Shown: positions 26,506-35,913, counted from the first letter of the stretch. The stretch is DNA of 64,000 nucleotides from Verrucomicrobiota bacterium (GCA_043803015.1 JAZDKK010000023.1:20946-84945); one strand, 5' to 3'. Translations and numbers: made by a program. Notes: a model not told the origin generated them from the sequence alone.

Positions 26506-28221
26506 TCAGGGGGCGGCGACGGGCAGGGAAACGACGAAGGTCGTGCCCTTGCCCGGCGTGCTTTCGGCGGAGATGGTGCCCCCGTGGTTCTGGACAATGC
26601 CGTAGGTCATGGCGAGGCCCAGGCCCGTGCCGCCCAGGCGGCCCCCTTCCTTCTTCGTCGTGAAGAAAGGCTCGAAGAGCTTCCTCTGGACGTCCTCGGT
26701 CATGCCGAGACCGTTGTCGCGGATGGCCACGATAACGAACTGTTTCCCGTCGGACCGTTGCAGGCTGGTGCTGATCTCGATGAACCCCGGCTCTTCCTTG
26801 CGGAAAGCTTCGATGTCGTTCAGGAGGATATTGATCAGAACCTGTTTCATCTCGCTGGCGTCGGCGAGCACCTCCGGGAGGTCCGGCGCAAGCTGGGTCT
26901 CGCAACGCCCGCCGGCCTTCATAATCTCATGACGAAGGAAGGAGACCGTCTCCTCGATGATCGCGTTGATCTGCAGCCGCGTCTTCTCCGGCTTCGACTG
27001 CCGCGCGAACTTGAGCAGCTTGTCGATCACTTCCTTGCAGTGCAGCACGCCGGTCTGGATCTCGCCCACGCACTCCCCGACGTCCAACGTTCCCGCCTTC
27101 TCGACCCCCGCTTTCTTGAGAGACTGGCCGAGCAGATCGGCGTAGCCCAGGATGACCGTCATCGGGTTCTTCACGTCGTGGACGATGCCGGCCGTCATAC
27201 GCCCCATCGCCGCGAGCTTCTCGCTTCGGACCAGCACCTCCTGGGCGGCCTGGAGCGCCCGATGGGCCTTGTCGAGCTCCGCCTTCTCGCCGGCCAGCTT
27301 CTCGTAGAGCAGCGCATTCTCCAGGGCCGCGCCGGCCTGCATGCCGATCGCCATCAGCAGACGCAGATCGTCCGGCTTCAGGCAGTCCGCCGCGGCGGTC
27401 GAACTCGCGTGCAGCACGCCGAGCAGGCGGTCCCGGCTTTTCAGCGGCGCGCACAGAGCCGAACGAATCCCCTGCGCGGCGATGCTGATCTGGTCGCCGA
27501 AACGCTTGTCGACGCCGGCGTCCCGCGAGAGCACCCCCCTCCCATCACGCAGCACGACCTGGGCGATGCTCCGGCTGAAGACCGGATTCTCGCTTCGGCT
27601 GTTTTCCGCGCGGCTCCAATGGCCGACACAGCGGAGCTCGCCGGTGACTTCATCAAGACAGTGCATGGAGCAGTGCTCGACGGACGACATCTCGTGGATG
27701 ACCATCTCCGGCACCCTGCTGTAAAGCTCGGCCGTGTGGATGACGGCGTTGATCGCCTGGCCGGAGCGGTAGAGGGAGGCCAGGTCCGCGCGCGCGCGCT
27801 GCACGGCCGCCGGATCGGACTCGTCGATGCGCCGCGTCGCCAGGTCGCCTTCCTGCGCCTCCAGCGTGACCGTGTCCCCTATCCTGCCCGAGACGTCCCA
27901 CGGCACCCCCGAAGGACCGGCCGTGCCGCGCGAAAAGCGCGCCACCGTCTTGCCGATCCCGATCCGATCGCCATCCGCGAGGGTGGCCCGGGGGGCCGGG
28001 TTTCCGTTGACGAGCGTGCCGTTGCGGCGGCCCGCGTCCTCGACGATGTAGTCGGAGCCTTCGCAGAAGACGCGCGCGTGCACCCGGGAGACTTCCTCGT
28101 CGGCCAGCGTGATGTCACAGCCCTTCCGCCCGAGGGTTATCTCGTTGGATGTGAGAAAGAGGAGCTCGCCTTTTCGCGGCCCCTCGAGGAACAGCAGGTA
28201 GCTGCCCGCCTGGGATTCCAT
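26506..28221 (-). CDS. FHA-GAF sensor histidine kinase
   Basis: The N-terminus is an FHA domain (ITLGRKGCDITLADEEVSRVHARV..GTLVNG). It is followed by GAF, an H-box HDVKNPMTVILGYADLL, and the N, G1 and G2 boxes (NGLGM, GTGLGLAM). Confidence 0.9.
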   Translation of the reverse strand: MESQAGSYLLFLEGPRKGELLFLTSNEITLGRKGCDITLADEEVSRVHARVFCEGSDYIVEDAGRRNGTLVNGNPAPRATLADGDRIGIGKTVARFSRGTAGPSGVPWDVSGRIGDTVTLEAQEGDLATRRIDESDPAAVQRARADLASLYRSGQAINAVIHTAELYSRVPEMVIHEMSSVEHCSMHCLDEVTGELRCVGHWSRAENSRSENPVFSRSIAQVVLRDGRGVLSRDAGVDKRFGDQISIAAQGIRSALCAPLKSRDRLLGVLHASSTAAADCLKPDDLRLLMAIGMQAGAALENALLYEKLAGEKAELDKAHRALQAAQEVLVRSEKLAAMGRMTAGIVHDVKNPMTVILGYADLLGQSLKKAGVEKAGTLDVGECVGEIQTGVLHCKEVIDKLLKFARQSKPEKTRLQINAIIEETVSFLRHEIMKAGGRCETQLAPDLPEVLADASEMKQVLINILLNDIEAFRKEEPGFIEISTSLQRSDGKQFVIVAIRDNGLGMTEDVQRKLFEPFFTTKKEGGRLGGTGLGLAMTYGIVQNHGGTISAESTPGKGTTFVVSLPVAAP

Positions 28222-28332
28222 GGCTGCCCCGTCAGCCTTGATCGTCGCCCCCTTTTTCTGCTAGAAGAGGGTACCCGCGCGCAGGTATCGAGTAAAGCAA
28301 TGAGCTTCGGCCACGGCGCGGAGAGGATGCTT

Positions 28333-28352
28333 CTCTGACGTCTGACGCAGAG
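28333..28352. promoter_or_regulatory. imperfect 20-bp palindrome in the divergent histidine-kinase / Ser-Thr-kinase promoter region
   Basis: CTCTGACGTCTGACGCAGAG contains a TGACGTC core and lies 25 bp upstream of the kinase ATG at 28377. Confidence 0.25.
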
Positions 28353-28376
28353 GGAAGTCCAGTCACGGCGTAGCAC

Positions 28377-31300
28377 ATGGACCCGGGGCGGAACTGCAAG
28401 GTATGCGGAGCAGCGCTTCTTGACGACGCGCGGGAGGGACTTTGTCCCGTGTGCCTGCTGATCGGCGGGTCGAAGGCGGCAGGCGACGAGGGCGAACCGG
28501 CTGCCGCCGACGCGAACCAGGAAACACTCTCCCTCGTCGACAACCTCTGGCACGAGACGGTCCAGGGCACGGCGACAGCCGAGACGACCCTGAAGTCCCC
28601 GCCGTCCACGGATACGGCGGCGCCGCCGGCCGAATCCAGCCGGCTTTGCCTTCGCGCCCAGGAGGTCTCCAACGCAAAAGCCCCCGTGGTTCCCCCCGCG
28701 CACTACGAAGTCGTCCGCACGATCGGCGAGGGCGGCATGGGGACCGTGTACGAGGCACGCCAGACGTCGGCAGACCGGGTGGTCGCCATCAAGGTGATGA
28801 AGACGGGTCCGACCCGCGGCACGGAGCGGCGGGAAAGATTCCTCAGCGAGGCCGCGGCCACGGCCGACCTGGAGCATCCCAACATCGTGCCGGTGTACGA
28901 GGTGGCTACGGACCGGCAGGGCGTGCCGTTCTACGTGATGAAGCGCGTGCGGGGGGTTCCCTGGAGCCAGGTCCTTCGGCTCAAGAGCCTGACAGACAAT
29001 CTTGAAGTCCTGCTGAGGGTGGCGGACGCGGTCTCCTTTGCGCACAGCCGCGACGTCATTCACCGCGACCTGAAACCCGGAAACGTGATGCTCGGGGATT
29101 ACGGCGAGGTACTGGTGCTGGACTGGGGGCTTGCCGGTTCCGTGAGCAGGCAGGGCAAGGCGGAGCAGTTGAAGCCCGGATCCGTGCGAGGCGGCACGCC
29201 GGCGTACATGGCGCCGGAACTGGCCAGGGGCGACATCAGGCACACAGGCAAGCACAGCGACATCTACCTCCTGGGGGCCATCCTGTTCGAGATCCTTGCA
29301 GGTTACCCACCCCACCGGGATCCCGACGTATGGAAGAGCCTCGCCCTGGCCGCCGACAACGTCATCCTGCCGACGCGGGCTTCCGGCGAGCTGCTCAGGA
29401 TCGCGCTGAAGGCCATGGCCGCGGACCCTGCGGCCAGGTACCCCACGGTGAAGGACTTCCAGGCCGCGATCCGGCTGTACCTGTCTCACGTGAACAGCGT
29501 GTCCATCGCGTCCCAGGCGCAGAAAGCCCTCGATCGCGCCACGGCCTCGGGCCAATACGACGATTTCGCCGCGGCCGTCTTCGGATACCGGGAGGCGTTG
29601 AGCCTGTGGGACGGCAACGAGGCGGCCGCCGAGGGGCTTTCCGAGGCATGCCGCGCCTACGCCGAGTGTGCGTTGCGGAAGGGGGATGTGGACCTGGCCG
29701 CGTCCCTCGTTTCCGGGGACCGAGCCGAGGACAAGGATCTCGCGGGGCGGATCGCCGGGGCGCGCCGGGAGCGGGATCGGAGGCGGCGGGTCATCCGCTC
29801 GCTGAAGGTCCTGGCGGTGAGCCTTACCGCGGTGGTGGTCATCGTGGTGACGGTGGCGTTCTTCTGGATCCGGGGCGAGCAGGCCCTGACGCTGGCGGCG
29901 AAGAACAGGGCGGAAGGCGCCCTTGCCGCGGAGGAGAAGATGAGGCGCGAGGCGGAAGGGGCCCGGGCTTCCGAGGAGCGATTGAGGATCAGTGCGGAAT
30001 ACGATGCCTACGTGGGCCAGGTGGGTCTGGCCGCAAGCTGCCTCGAGCATGGCGAGGTGCTGGAGGCCAGGCGGCTGCTGGCCGCCTGCGCCCCGAAGTA
30101 CCGGAATTGGGAGTGGGCTTACCTCGCGCGTCTCCCTTTCCTGGACGAGATGACCTACAAGGCCAGCCAGAGGTTTGTCACCCATCTGGCCGTTCTCCCG
30201 GATGGGCGGCGGTTCATCACCGCGGGAGCGAATGGATCGCTCAGGCTGTGGCAGATCGGCACACCCCAGTGCTTGCGCGAGACCCGCGCCCATGCCGGCT
30301 GGGTCGACGGCATGGCCGTCTCGCCGGATGGCAAGTACGTGGCGTCCGCCGCCGGCGACAACCGACTTACCGTGCATCGCGCGGACGATTTGAGTCTTGT
30401 GCGCGAGACGAAGCTACCTGAGAAACACTGCGCTTGCATCGCCTTCTCGCCGGACGGCCGCACCATCGGAGTCGGACAAGAGGGCCTCGTATCGCTGTAC
30501 GACGCAGAGAACGGTACTCTGAAGAAGAGCATTCCCCGAAAAGGTGATGATGTCACGCTCGCCTTCTCTCCCGACGGCAAGAGCCTGGCCACGGGGGGGG
30601 TGAACCCACCACTCGAGATCTACGACATGGAGCAAGGTACGGTCAGGGGGATTGACCGCAGCGATATCCCGTGGGTCCGCTCGGTCAACTTCAGTCCCGA
30701 TGGCAAGAAGTTGCTCATTGCGCCCGGGTTCGGAGGCGCCCTCGTTCTGGACCTTCCAAGCGGCGACGCCGTTCACCTGCGAGGGCATCGGGCGCCGCTG
30801 ACGCGCATCGAGATGCTCCCGGACCAGTCGCTGGTCGCTACGGCGTCCGAGGACACCTCCTGCATCCTCTCGGATCCGGCCACCGGCCAGCCGGTGCGCA
30901 CCTTGCTCGGCCACACCGCGAGGATCACCGCCCTGGGTGTTTGCCCCGACGGCAAGAGGCTGATCACGGCGGGAGCCGACGACGAGATCAAGGTCTGGAA
31001 CATCCGTGGTCCCGACCGGTTCTCCTCGTTCAACATGGGTAACACCGTGCCCCTTTCCCTCGCGTTCTCCCCGGGTTCATCCTTGCTGGCGGTGGGAACC
31101 GCCGGCGGGGGGATCCGAATGCTGGAGACGGCAACGGAGCGCGAGGCAAGCGTCCTGAGTCTTGGGGGATGGATCTTCTCGGTCAACTTCTCGCCGGACG
31201 GGAAGTACCTGCTGGCTGCAGGCGGGTTCGCCGGGTGGGGCAAGGCGTGGCTGTACGACGTTGCGGACCGCTCCAAAATCCGGGAGTATCAGGTATCCAA

Positions 31301-32468
31301 CCGCGACTTCGATTCGGCGGCCATCTCGCCGGACGGGAAGCATATCCTGATGGGCTCGCGCGACGCGGCGATCCGCCTCCTTTCACTTGAGGGTGGGAAC
31401 GTGGAGAAGGTGTTCACGGGCAGTTCCGAGGCGGTGTTGGATCTGGCTTTCTTCCCGGACGGGCAGCACTTTCTGAGCTGTGGCCGCGATGCGACGCGAT
31501 GCTGGGAGATCGGGACGGACCATGAAGTGTGGCGCGCTTTCGAGTTGGGCCAGCCCTTTGCCGTTGCGGTGTCACCGAAAGACAACGTCTTCTACGCGGA
31601 CGGAACTCTGTATCGTGGGGTGGAGCGCGCCAATCTTCACGCCCTGCGCGGGCAACGCGGAACGATTGTTGCGGCCGGCTTCTCCCCGGACGGCGAGCGG
31701 ATCGCGACGGGAAGCAGGGACGGATCCATCAAGATCTGGGATGTCCGCACGGGACGCTCGCTTCTGACCTTGCGGCAACACAGCGGAGAAGTGAAGGATG
31801 TCCGTTTCTCGCCCAGCGGCCTCCTGCTGGCAAGCGCTGGAGCGGACGGGCAGGTCGTTCTCTGGAGGGCCGCGGACCGTGGCTCCCTGGAGGCCAAGGG
31901 ACGCATCGGCGCCGCGCTCGTCGCCGAGACAGAGGCGCCGGCTCCGCTGGCGTCCAACCTGCTCCGCAACGCCGGCTTCGACATCGCCGGAACGCAGGAG
32001 AAGAAAGCGTACGCGTGGGAGGCCGGCAACCCCGATTCCCGCGGGGACGCCTGGGGGGCCGCCTCGAGGGAGTCCTGGCGAGGCCGGAGCGGCGGCTGGG
32101 AAGGGACGATCTGCGGCTCATGGTGCGGAAAGGACTCGGGCGGCTGGTGGCAGGAGGTCGCCGTCAAGCCCGGCCGGCAGTACCGCCTGACCGCCTGGTG
32201 CTACGCGGACTGCGGAATAGCAGGCGCGTGGACGTCCGCATGGCACGGAGCGACGCTCGAGTTCTTCTCGCACGAGGGAAAGGATCGCCGCCCGCTGGGC
32301 GCCGTTTCCAGCCACTTCGGAGTGTTGCAGGAGCAATGGAGCCCCAGGGAGTTGTCAGCCACGGCACCAGCCGGTGCCAGCTGGGCACGGCTGTCGATCC
32401 TCGCGGTAACTAACGGCAACGAAGGGGCACTCCAGTTCGACGATCTCTCCCTGGAAGAAGTTCCCTGA
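28377..32468 (+). CDS. Ser/Thr protein kinase: zinc-ribbon, kinase, transmembrane helix, 14 WD40 repeats (two propellers), C-terminal CBM_4_9-like carbohydrate-binding domain
   Basis: 1363 aa: CKVCG..CPVC, GEGGMGTVYEARQ, HRDLKPGNVML, DWGLA, APE. The transmembrane helix is LKVLAVSLTAVVVIVVTVAFFWI. There are 14 units of the form xFSPDGKxL..G..DG.i.lWd. The C-terminus has ..YRLTAWCY..ARLSILAV..ALQFDDLSL. Confidence 0.9.
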   Translation: MDPGRNCKVCGAALLDDAREGLCPVCLLIGGSKAAGDEGEPAAADANQETLSLVDNLWHETVQGTATAETTLKSPPSTDTAAPPAESSRLCLRAQEVSNAKAPVVPPAHYEVVRTIGEGGMGTVYEARQTSADRVVAIKVMKTGPTRGTERRERFLSEAAATADLEHPNIVPVYEVATDRQGVPFYVMKRVRGVPWSQVLRLKSLTDNLEVLLRVADAVSFAHSRDVIHRDLKPGNVMLGDYGEVLVLDWGLAGSVSRQGKAEQLKPGSVRGGTPAYMAPELARGDIRHTGKHSDIYLLGAILFEILAGYPPHRDPDVWKSLALAADNVILPTRASGELLRIALKAMAADPAARYPTVKDFQAAIRLYLSHVNSVSIASQAQKALDRATASGQYDDFAAAVFGYREALSLWDGNEAAAEGLSEACRAYAECALRKGDVDLAASLVSGDRAEDKDLAGRIAGARRERDRRRRVIRSLKVLAVSLTAVVVIVVTVAFFWIRGEQALTLAAKNRAEGALAAEEKMRREAEGARASEERLRISAEYDAYVGQVGLAASCLEHGEVLEARRLLAACAPKYRNWEWAYLARLPFLDEMTYKASQRFVTHLAVLPDGRRFITAGANGSLRLWQIGTPQCLRETRAHAGWVDGMAVSPDGKYVASAAGDNRLTVHRADDLSLVRETKLPEKHCACIAFSPDGRTIGVGQEGLVSLYDAENGTLKKSIPRKGDDVTLAFSPDGKSLATGGVNPPLEIYDMEQGTVRGIDRSDIPWVRSVNFSPDGKKLLIAPGFGGALVLDLPSGDAVHLRGHRAPLTRIEMLPDQSLVATASEDTSCILSDPATGQPVRTLLGHTARITALGVCPDGKRLITAGADDEIKVWNIRGPDRFSSFNMGNTVPLSLAFSPGSSLLAVGTAGGGIRMLETATEREASVLSLGGWIFSVNFSPDGKYLLAAGGFAGWGKAWLYDVADRSKIREYQVSNRDFDSAAISPDGKHILMGSRDAAIRLLSLEGGNVEKVFTGSSEAVLDLAFFPDGQHFLSCGRDATRCWEIGTDHEVWRAFELGQPFAVAVSPKDNVFYADGTLYRGVERANLHALRGQRGTIVAAGFSPDGERIATGSRDGSIKIWDVRTGRSLLTLRQHSGEVKDVRFSPSGLLLASAGADGQVVLWRAADRGSLEAKGRIGAALVAETEAPAPLASNLLRNAGFDIAGTQEKKAYAWEAGNPDSRGDAWGAASRESWRGRSGGWEGTICGSWCGKDSGGWWQEVAVKPGRQYRLTAWCYADCGIAGAWTSAWHGATLEFFSHEGKDRRPLGAVSSHFGVLQEQWSPRELSATAPAGASWARLSILAVTNGNEGALQFDDLSLEEVP

Positions 32469-32523
32469 GGAACACCCGGCGGCCGGCCTTCCGTCCCGCG
32501 GTCCACCCCTTCTTCCTGTGGCC

Positions 32524-32546
32524 TTGCGGGGGCGCCGTGCTATAAT
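32524..32546 (+). promoter_or_regulatory. possible promoter (-10 TATAAT at 32541-32546) for the PEBP gene
   Basis: A perfect TATAAT lies ~43 nt upstream of the ATG at 32589. The -35 is poor (TTGCGG with short spacing). Confidence 0.25.
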
Positions 32547-32588
32547 CCGGGGCGGTTCAGCACGGCTTCGTTGAACCGGGAGGTGCCT

Positions 32589-33053
32589 ATGCTGGAACTG
32601 ACAGTATTGAGCACGGCGTTCGTCATGGGGGCGGTCATCCCGCCGAAGTTCACCTGCAAGGGCGAGAACGTTTCGCCGCCGCTGATGTGGGGCCAGGTGC
32701 CCGACAAGACCCAGAGCATCGTGGTCATGTGCGACGACCCGGATTCGCCGGGCGGAGACTGGGTTCACTGGCTGTTGTTCAACCTTCCGCCCGAGACCCA
32801 GAAACTGGACGAGAACGTCCCTCGGACTCCGCAGCTCGTCAGCGGCGCGATCCAGGGACTGAACGATTACGACAAGAACGGCTACATGGGGCCCTGCCCG
32901 CCGCCGGGCAGGCCGCACCGGTACTACTACAAGGTCTACGCGCTCGACATCAAGTTGAGCCTGACCATCTCGGCCCGCAAGCCCGACGTCCTGGAAGCGA
33001 TGGAGGGCCACGTCCTGGGGCAAGGCCAGTTGATGGGGACGTTTAAGAGGTAA
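32589..33053 (+). CDS. YbhB/YbcL family Raf-kinase-inhibitor-like (PEBP) protein
   Basis: It has the PEBP signature DPDSPGGDWVHW and ..YGPCPPPG.HRYYF-like (here YMGPCPPPGRPHRYYYKVYALD). RBS GGGAGG. Confidence 0.85.
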   Translation: MLELTVLSTAFVMGAVIPPKFTCKGENVSPPLMWGQVPDKTQSIVVMCDDPDSPGGDWVHWLLFNLPPETQKLDENVPRTPQLVSGAIQGLNDYDKNGYMGPCPPPGRPHRYYYKVYALDIKLSLTISARKPDVLEAMEGHVLGQGQLMGTFKR

Positions 33054-33097
33054 GTAATCGTTCTCGCTTGCCCGCCGCAGCCTTGGCGGAGGCGGGT

Positions 33098-33160
33098 TCT
33101 CGATCTCGTGCTCGTTCTCGGGTGCTGCGATTACGAGAACGACAACGAGAGCGAGAACGA
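33098..33160. repeat. hexamer-periodic hairpin between the convergent PEBP and fmdB genes (probable bidirectional terminator)
   Basis: The left arm is CTCGATCTCGTGCTCGTTCTCG and the right arm is CGAGAACGACAACGAGAGCGAGAACG. Confidence 0.5.
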
Positions 33161-33164
33161 TTGT

Positions 33165-33626
33165 TTACCCTTCATACAGCGTGTCGTCTCTCCCTGCCCC
33201 GCCGGGACCACCTTCGCCCTCGTCACCCATCAGGTTGCCCATGTCCTGCTCGATCTTCTCCGGGTCCTCGCCCGATTCGAGGCGGCGGCACATTTCATCC
33301 ATTTCCGGCGGCATCGCCTCGCCGGATTCCGCTGCGATCTTCCGCATCGCGCGGCCCAGCGAGCGGGGGTCGTTCTCATCCAGCCCCTCGAGCGCGGAAA
33401 GGTCCGACATGTCGCCAGGCGGCATCCCACCCTTGGGCCCCGAATCGGCCGGCGCCTCGGCGCCGGACTTCGCCCTGGCGGAAGGCGCCGCAAACCGCGA
33501 GAAGAGACGGCTCGTGTTCGGATGCCCGCACTTCGGACACGCGGGCGCCTTGTGCTTCGTGACATCGCGGACCAGGAAGTTCGAAACCTTCCGGCACTTC
33601 TCGCACTGGTATTCGTAGATCGGCAT
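33165..33626 (-). CDS. FmdB-family zinc-ribbon protein with acidic C-terminal tail
   Basis: The N-terminus MPIYEYQCEKCRKV..CPKCG is diagnostic for the FmdB/CxxC_CxxC_SSSS family. Confidence 0.7.
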   Translation of the reverse strand: MPIYEYQCEKCRKVSNFLVRDVTKHKAPACPKCGHPNTSRLFSRFAAPSARAKSGAEAPADSGPKGGMPPGDMSDLSALEGLDENDPRSLGRAMRKIAAESGEAMPPEMDEMCRRLESGEDPEKIEQDMGNLMGDEGEGGPGGAGRDDTLYEG

Positions 33627-33693
33627 GGCCAATCGCTAATTAGCACGAATTCGCGCGAACTGTCCACGCATCACGCGGGCGCTCGCTCGCGGT

Positions 33694-35913
33694 TCACAGC
33701 AGCGATAACGCGTCCACGTCCACGGCGCACGTCACGTCGTCGGGCCACTTGAAATCCTTCAGCACCTTCTTCAGCGGGGCCGTGATGGAGTTCGTCCTGG
33801 GTGCCCGGAGCATGATCTGGTAGCGGTACTGTCCCTTCGCCCGCGCCAGGGGCGCCGGCGCCGGCCCGGCGAGGAGAACGTCCTTGGACAGCGCCGGCGC
33901 AAGGACCTTCGCGAACGCGTTCCCGGCGAACGCGACCCGCTCCTCCACGGGGCCCCGGAGATTCACGCACACGAGGTGGGCGAACGGCGGGTACGTCAGC
34001 TCGCGCCGGAACTCGATTTCCTGGTCAAAGAACCCGTCGTAATCCAGCCGCCGGGCGGCCTGCACCGCGGGATGGTGCGGCGTGTAGGTCTGGACGATGA
34101 CCTCGCCGGTCACCTCGCCCCGGCCGGCGCGGCCGGCGACCTGGGTCAGGAGCTGGAACGTGCGCTCGGCCGCGCGGAAATCCGGCATGTGCAGGCTCAG
34201 GTCGGCGAACACCACGCCCACGAGCGTGACGTTGGGAAAATGCAGGCCCTTCGCGATCATCTGCGTTCCCACCAGGATGTCGATTTTGCCGGTGCGAAAA
34301 TCGCCGAGGATCAGGCGGTGCGAGTCCTTGGCCGTGGTGGTGTCGGAATCCATCCGCCGGATCCGCGCCTTCGGGAAGATGCGGCCCATCACGCTCTCGA
34401 CGCGCTGGGTGCCGAAGCCGGCGAAGCGGAAGGCGGGGTCGCGGCACTCGGCGTTCGGGCACCGCGCCGGCACCTTGCGCCGGGCGCCGCAGATGTGGCA
34501 GACCAGGTCGTCGCCCTGCTTGTGGTACGTCATGGACACGCTGCACTGGTCGCACTCCGCCACGTAGCCGCACTTGGGGCAGATCAGCGACGTGGCGAAG
34601 CCGCGGCGGTTGAGGAAGAGCATCGTCTGCTCGGAGCGCTCCAGCCTCGCCTGGATCGCCTGGACGAGCTCGCGCGAGAAGACGTTCACGTGCCCTTCGC
34701 GCTCGGCCTCGACGCGCATGTCCACCACGCGGATCACCGGCATCTTCCGGTGGTCCACGCGGTGCGGCAGGCGGATCAGCCCGTACTTCCCGCGGTCGGC
34801 ATTATAGAGCGACTCCAGCGAAGGCGTCGCCGAGCCGAGGACGACGGCGCAGTGTTCCATGCGCCCGCGCATCACGGCCACGTCGCGCGCGTTGTAGCGC
34901 GGGGCCTCCTCCTGCTTGTAGCTGGGCTCGTGCTCCTCGTCCACGACGATGAGCCCGAGGTTCTTGACCGGCGCAAAGAGCGCCGAGCGGGCGCCGATCA
35001 CGATTTGCGCCTTGCCCTCGTGAATGCGGTGCCACTCGTCGTGCCGCTCCCCCTCCCCGAGGCTGCTGTGCAGGACGGCGATGCCCTCGCCGAACCGGCC
35101 CCGGAACCGTTCCAGCGTTTGCGGCGTCAGGGAGATCTCCGGCACGAGCACGATGGCGCCCTTGCCCTGGCCGAGCGCGTACTGGATGGCCTGGAGATAA
35201 ACCTCCGTCTTGCCGCTGCCGGTGACGCCGAAGAGCAGGACGACGGGCGGCTGGAGGGTGTCGACGGATTTCCTCACCAGCGTCAGGGCCTCGGCCTGCT
35301 GGGGCATCAGCTCGAGCGGCAGGGTGCGCAGCAGGCTTTGGCTGGCCATCGGGTCGCGGCGGACCGCGCCCCGCCCGATCTGCACGAGGCCTTTCTCCTC
35401 CAGCGAGCGGATCGTCCCGCTGGTTGTGCCGGCCGCGCGGGCGAGATGGTGCAGGAACATCTGCTTCCCGCCCAGGAGGACGTCGAGCGCCGCGGCCTGC
35501 TTCGGCGCCCGCTTGCGGAGCTGCTCGACCGCCATCTCATCGGTCGCCCTCTCGGTCGGGATGACGAGCAGGCGCTCCTTGAAGCCGGCGCCCTTGCGGC
35601 GCACGGCTCCCGGCAGGACCGTGCGCACTGCCCGCTCCACGGGGGCGCAGTAGTAGTCGGCCATCCACTTCGCGAGATCCAGGATGTTCTGCTCCACGAG
35701 CGTCTTCTTGCCGACGCGGTCGCGGATCTCCTTCAGGTCCTTCCGGTCGGAGGATTCCGCCAGGGCCACCACGTAGCCGCGTGCCTCGGAGCGGCCGAAC
35801 GGCACGACGACCTGGCTCCCCACGTTGATCTCGCCCTGCAGCCGTTCGGGAATCAGGTAGTCGAACTCGCGGTCCACCGCGATCTCCACGACCACTCTGG
35901 CAATGCGTGCCAT
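33694..35913 (-). CDS. priA: primosomal protein N' (replication restart helicase PriA)
   Basis: It has the Walker A GVTGSGKTE, DEEH, a Cys-rich zinc-binding insert (CPKCG..CDQC..CHICG) and a C-terminal domain. The start is probably MARIARVV (alternative ATG at 35931). Confidence 0.9.
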   Translation of the reverse strand: MARIARVVVEIAVDREFDYLIPERLQGEINVGSQVVVPFGRSEARGYVVALAESSDRKDLKEIRDRVGKKTLVEQNILDLAKWMADYYCAPVERAVRTVLPGAVRRKGAGFKERLLVIPTERATDEMAVEQLRKRAPKQAAALDVLLGGKQMFLHHLARAAGTTSGTIRSLEEKGLVQIGRGAVRRDPMASQSLLRTLPLELMPQQAEALTLVRKSVDTLQPPVVLLFGVTGSGKTEVYLQAIQYALGQGKGAIVLVPEISLTPQTLERFRGRFGEGIAVLHSSLGEGERHDEWHRIHEGKAQIVIGARSALFAPVKNLGLIVVDEEHEPSYKQEEAPRYNARDVAVMRGRMEHCAVVLGSATPSLESLYNADRGKYGLIRLPHRVDHRKMPVIRVVDMRVEAEREGHVNVFSRELVQAIQARLERSEQTMLFLNRRGFATSLICPKCGYVAECDQCSVSMTYHKQGDDLVCHICGARRKVPARCPNAECRDPAFRFAGFGTQRVESVMGRIFPKARIRRMDSDTTTAKDSHRLILGDFRTGKIDILVGTQMIAKGLHFPNVTLVGVVFADLSLHMPDFRAAERTFQLLTQVAGRAGRGEVTGEVIVQTYTPHHPAVQAARRLDYDGFFDQEIEFRRELTYPPFAHLVCVNLRGPVEERVAFAGNAFAKVLAPALSKDVLLAGPAPAPLARAKGQYRYQIMLRAPRTNSITAPLKKVLKDFKWPDDVTCAVDVDALSLL

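Noticed and set aside
24387-26663. 758-aa plus-strand ORF opposite metG, plus 961..2442 plus ORF opposite ahcY, 2855..4972 plus, 7654..9138 plus, 9316..10527 plus, 33976..36018 plus, 50936..52651 plus and 28137..30377 minus
   Set aside because: Each lies antisense to a confidently identified, motif-bearing gene. Their low-complexity Arg/Gly/Asp/Pro-rich translations indicate GC-driven open frames.
32524-32546. Perfect TATAAT upstream of the PEBP gene as a confident promoter
   Set aside because: The -35 is poor and promoter consensus in this lineage is unknown. It is kept only as a low-confidence feature.
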